A DNA stretch of 53,146 nucleotides, the filler included, from Catajapyx aquilonaris (Eukaryota), in assembly GCA_000934665.2 (NCBI GenBank). It is 2 parts of 2 records of this genome, joined end to end, with 100 filler letters (N's around TTAATTAATTAA, not from the genome) between each part and the next. Parts side by side here need not be neighbours in the genome. Positions count along the whole stretch, not along the records: positions 26,651 to 53,146 come from JYFJ02005204.1; 1 more part is not named here. One strand, given 5' to 3'. The translations under genes and the position numbers were made by a program. The notes below the pieces were generated by a model. That model saw only the letters and a program-made list of their open reading frames with translations. It was not told the origin of the DNA and ran no database searches. This document shows, piece after piece, positions 48,201 through 53,146 of the stretch (the stretch's first letter is position 1; each line of letters begins with the position of its first letter).

Positions 48201-51200
48201 AGATCTCACGAATTTACAGCAACGGATATGATCGAACCAAGGATTGGCACGATTGTTTTTTCTAAACATTGGGACAACTTATCTCCAGTATATGTCACCG
48301 TCGTTCTCCCCAGGCGTAAACCCAGTCTTTGTTTCGTGCGTGAGGGTGGCAGAGTACTTTGGGTTGTCTCCGAAACGAAAGAAGGCTTAATAACATACTG
48401 CGATCTACACACGTCAGGCCGAGTCGAGAGAAATGAAGACAAAAAAAAAAGTTTGGCTACGTGACGGACACAGAGACACGCAATTCAGTCAGCGGCCATC
48501 CAGCGGTCAGAGCCGAGGGATTACACGCTACTCAAGGAGACAACGGTCAATCATCAAACAAAGCCTGTAAATGAGGGCTTTTATTTAATAATTGCCACTG
48601 GCGTATTTGATTATACGCAGGCTCATAATAATGGGTTGGGCGATTGCGTATCCGCCTACGGCGATAATTATGATAACACAGGCAGTGTTGCGAGCGGCAG
48701 CCGATAGCGATACGGTACGAGGAGGGGAGAGGAGGAGGAGGAGGAGGGAGGTGTGCGAACGGGAGGGAAGAGGGGGCGCCCTTGCCATCATGTGCCATTT
48801 CATGCCACCGACTTCTGGACACCCTCATGTCATGCTGCCTTACTGTCAGTTATTAGTAGAATCACACGAATTCATTTCCAGGGACTTCAACTGCAATAAT
48901 CGCCCTTTGGTCATTAACAGGTGTTAGTGCTCATTATTTTTATCAAGTGTAACTCTATTCCGGAGATGGCTGGAGTTCGATGTGTGTGTGTGTGTTCCTC
49001 ATAAAAAGGCTCGGTGTAGGGACAACAATCATTTGTATTCAACAGGAGTGAGGTCACACTCATGATACGCGTCAAAACAATCATGCGCTAAGTCAAGTGT
49101 GCCTTTTATCTGTGCTGAGGAAGACCACATTGACACAACGCTCTGGATGAGGTACTCATGTGTATCTAACTGGAGGAAACCGTGCGTACACAGTGTGTGC
49201 CAGGCAAATCAAACGGCATATGTGTGTTCCTCCGGGCAAAATGAGGAGAGGGGAGCATTATTATTAAACCTCAAAATGATTGCCCTCCCCGCTCCCCCCA
49301 CCTCGTTTTTAAAATAACGAAACGTGCTTGTTACACACGGCTGCACATGCTAACTTCCAGTACTGTACAGTGTGGGTATATCCCAGAAGGCCTCACATGC
49401 ATATTTTTCATGATCAAAAAATACATATCCTATTCATTAAAAATTGAAAAGCCGCAGTTTGCATAATATCATTAAACTTAATTATCATTTTATAATGCGC
49501 ATTTTCGTCATTATAACTATACACCAAGCTAGTATAGCTTGTCTTTTAAAAATTCTGTTTGCGTATACTGTGGTTCAAATTTGGTTGTAGCCTATTTATT
49601 CACCCGAGTCAATAATAGCGCAACACACTAATATAAATATTACTATCACAATTTACAAACAGGCTTTATCGTACTTATCATTAACTTTTAATTCCATACC
49701 TATTCATTATTACGATCATATGCCAACCACACACAGTGAAATGACATTCCCGGCCGAAGCCGCTTATATGCTTGCTGTTCTCTGATGAATGTTGCAAACG
49801 TTGGTTTCTTTATGCGTTTTAAATAACCCAATCACTTCATATGCAATATGCCCCCAGTTGACCCATTTTGTAAAGTCCTTGCCTATTTGTTTCAGGTTGG
49901 ATGAAGGAGAGTGGATTGCATCGCCTGGAGCCAGGAGAGCTGACTCATCTAGCTAATGGCAACCAAATACATAGGAAGGAAGACCTACCCTAGGGGGATC
50001 TACCTTCTGCGAAAACCATCACCGACCAGTCTTGAACATTTTTGGGAATACCGATTTTTTACATTGGTGCCCAAAACCGGTCTCCCTTCTGTCAAAAACA
50101 CCGCCAAATTATCCATAATTGATCATTATAATCCGCAACAACGTGTGACACTTATTATTATCCATTATCAACCAAGTGACCAAGAATGTAGACTCCAGTC
50201 GTGGCAACAGGTACTCCCAAGACAAGACACGTGCCTTGTACATCGGGTGTACAGTGGTGAGGCAAGAGAGCAGGAAATAAGGCAGGCTAGAGAGGAGTGC
50301 CGGAGTCGACTGTACTAGGTAGCAATCGCGTTTACGGTTCATAAAGCAGGCGGGTGCGGCTGCGGAACCGTGCCTGTGCACAGCTTCCGCATCCGAATTC
50401 ACTGCATTTCCCTGCAGAACAAGCGGGGCCTGCTGGATGGGCTGGTTGCCACTAGCACGGATTAGCACCGCACCGAAAGAAGGTTTCAGGCAACGAGATG
50501 TGGCTGGCCCCAATTCCGGACCAATTTCCATCAATGCGACGCTTGCGGCCGGTTTTTGGGGAGGGGGGGTATCTCAACCTATCTCATACTGGATGTTTAT
50601 ATCATGATTCGGATTGCCGCTACAAGTGTTGTTCTTCGCTTCCAACCCCCTAAGTAAGAGCCAACAGTATGTCCACATACCCGGGGGAAAAAAAAAAAAC
50701 TGTGGTAAACACAAGCTTATGTTAGGAATTTAGCATGTTGGTATTTTCTACCGAAAACAAGAGCTCTTCACATGATTGTTATTGAATTCCTGTCGCGTAT
50801 GGATAGTGCAAGCAATCACTTGGAATGTTATCAAAATAATGCTGGCAAACTTTGGCGTCACATGGAAATAAAAGTCGTCTATGACTATAGTATACATGTC
50901 CAGAAATTCTGGAAGAGGATAAAAAAAAAAAAAATTTCAAGGGGAGAACTTTTCAGCGTGTCCCCAACTTCAAAAAGTTTTAAATTACATCCAAGTAATC
51001 GTATTAAGTTCTCTTTAGGCAAGTGCCGTGACTTTTGGAGGGTTTTCCGGCGCCTCTCTTAAAGGAGCAATTTGCTTTTCTTTGTCCAAGAAGTAGTCCT
51101 GAAGATAAATACTGTAAAAAGCCGTAATTTCGACTGCGAGAAATATGAGATCAAGTCTGCCGAAAATTTCTATTACTCCACGCAAGCATGAAATTGTCCT

Positions 51201-52549
51201 TACTTAACAATCCATTTTTTTTTCCTTTTGACTTGCAAAAACCCAGTTACAAAGTTATCGGCGGTCTATTAGAAGTCATTCAGTTGCGCTGTTTCCAAAC
51301 GGCACCGACAGACACATTAAATTGCACTTTAAATGATAATCACATCAATTTCGAAACGACTCACTCACAGACAACGGGACATATAACTCAACTGTTTGGC
51401 CACCTAAAAAAGTTCCTCCATTTCGACACGATCGTTTGGGTCCACGATTTTTTCCAAAAATTACGAACAAATATATTTGACATTGCATGGGATAAGCCAG
51501 GCAAAAAGATGCCTTCCCACACTGACTCATTATTACATGAAGTAAACTGTCCTAATTATCGCGGTTATTATGAAGTGGACCTCTGGATAATGGCTTACTG
51601 CACAGCGTTGCTCGCCATTAGTGGAAAATGAGATGGAAAGTTGCTGGCGTCCTCGCCATTGTTATGTATACTCGGCTCGCCAAAAAAGCCATTATTATTC
51701 ATATAAGAATGCTAGTTTTCAAAGGCGCTCGCAGGGCCTGCACTCAAATGCATAGCATATACTGGCCAATGCGGTCGGTACTATTGGAGGCGAGATTGGA
51801 CATGAAACGTGCTCTCTTGGTCCATAGCTGGCTAGATAGGTAACTGTCTGCTCGCAAGGATGGATGCATGTGGCAGATAAATCATATTGATTTTATCCGA
51901 ACAGAGGTGGTTAGCTGTGCAGGTAAAAGTATGCTCCACCTACATGTTGACTATTTCCAATATTGGAAGCTGGGAAGAGTATGTTGTTAGTTTCATTTCA
52001 CATGAAAATGTTTTTTGTGCTTTTATTGGCATGCAACAAGGTATGACCATGGCGGCAAAAGTACAATGAGATTAAAAGCGTGCCATATACTGTTGGTTAT
52101 TATATGTACCACATTAGAACGTGCAATGTATGCAATGTCGCTTTTCAAATATTTACCTCTACCTTCCAATATTGTTGACACAAAAAATGTATAAGCAAGT
52201 ACCTCTTCCGATATTAACTTGTGGAGGGGGAGGCAAAATGAATGATATTGACCGGCCGGCCCCTCCGCCTTTTCCGGCCGCCTCACCACCGGGCATGGCC
52301 CTGCGGCCAATATCCCCACTTTCCAACACCCCCGATTGGCCAGAGACCACCCATGATGAAACCATATGGGAAATGTGACCGGGGTTAGGGGGCAGCAGTC
52401 ACAAATAAGGCACAGCTCAAGAATATCTTTCCCTGCTAAGAGGTGTGAGTGACTAATGACTGAGATGACACTAAATCTTGGGAATATCGATATCCTTCTC
52501 CTTTTTCTTGAATGTGATTGCCTCCCAGTATTGAGTTTGAGGAGTATGA

Positions 52550-52552
<3 letters not shown>

Positions 52553-52601
<49 letters not shown>

Positions 52602-52856
52602 ACCCCGTGCTAGAGCCTTTGGCTCCCTTAGGGGGGGATTACAACCATTGGATGGGACCAGGGATAGGGACGGAAGGAAGCGGCTGTTGCCTATTTTTAC
52701 GGAAACGACCCCGGAATTGTCTGCCCCCCCAGACAATTCCGGAGTCGTCCGGGAGGGACAATGGAAAACCACAGAAAACCATGATCAGGGTCGCCGGAAC
52801 CCAGGACCTCCCGATTAGCAGGCGGGCTCCTTATCCCCTACACCAACCTGCTTCGG
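52553..52856 (-). mobile_element. tRNA-derived SINE (copy 2, same family as 2249-2555)
   Basis: The minus strand reads ccgaagcaggttggtgtagggg...ctgctaatcgggaggtcc...ggttttctgtggttttcc...cagccgcttccttccgtccctatccc...ccccccctaagggagcc...ggggtat, then (TAA)n. 16-bp TSD ttgaggagtatgatat at 52537-52552 and 52857-52872. Confidence 0.88.
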
Positions 52857-53146
52857 TTGAGGAGTATGATATATCGAAATATCTCCGACAATGTATTGCA
52901 TGTAGATATGAATGGCGAATGATATGTCAGCATGTAAATACGTACGTTATAAGAATAGGCTACTTCCCACACCTTCATTTAAGGGGCGATAGCCCCTTAG
53001 TAAGACCGTAGCATAGATTTCAACAATGAATTTCTTCAACATCTTCTTCTTGTTACGCTTTTTTTATTCGCCCTAACTCAAGTTCTGCTGTAGGTAGAGC
53101 TTCCAAATTTTGAACACAGATGCCCACCGTCGTGAAGTGCATTCCT

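Noticed and set aside
52023..52818. 249-aa and 120-aa ORFs with poly-N/poly-L tracts (likewise the poly-I/Y/L ORFs at 2.3-2.7, 28.2-28.7, 36.2-36.4 and 45.1-45.4 kb)
   Set aside because: These are read-throughs of SINE/MITE sequence and (TAA)n microsatellites.

Overview
Eukaryotic invertebrate genomic DNA, probably a non-dipteran arthropod (inferred from the SINE type, short introns and a gene-body-methylation-like CpG pattern). From left to right the window holds five things. (1) The 5' end of an apparently intact Gypsy (Mag/SURL-type) LTR retrotransposon on the minus strand, with LTR, tRNA-Ser PBS and an open gag-protease ORF that runs off the left edge. (2) A complete Rab27 gene with five coding exons on the plus strand (CDS 5085-8923, 217 aa) and a CpG-rich promoter near 3.0-3.3 kb. 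(3) About 16 kb of CpG-depleted DNA studded with MITEs. (4) The last five exons of a divergent epsilon-tubulin (TUBE1) on the minus strand (25851-24767), including a probable GC-AG intron; its 5' exons are not visible and a 100-bp artificial scaffold spacer lies just upstream. (5) A CpG-rich, largely non-coding 26-kb region with MITEs, a foldback element present in two copies, a second SINE copy, and a candidate orphan promoter/first exon and micro-exon on the minus strand. I found no clearly new protein-coding system. The most unusual signals are in the mobile DNA: a foldback element with asymmetric ends, a shared target sequence and co-varying arms, and a SINE family whose two copies carry opposite-polarity trinucleotide tails. 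All coordinates and translations were derived by eye; family assignments rest on recalled motifs and no database search was run.
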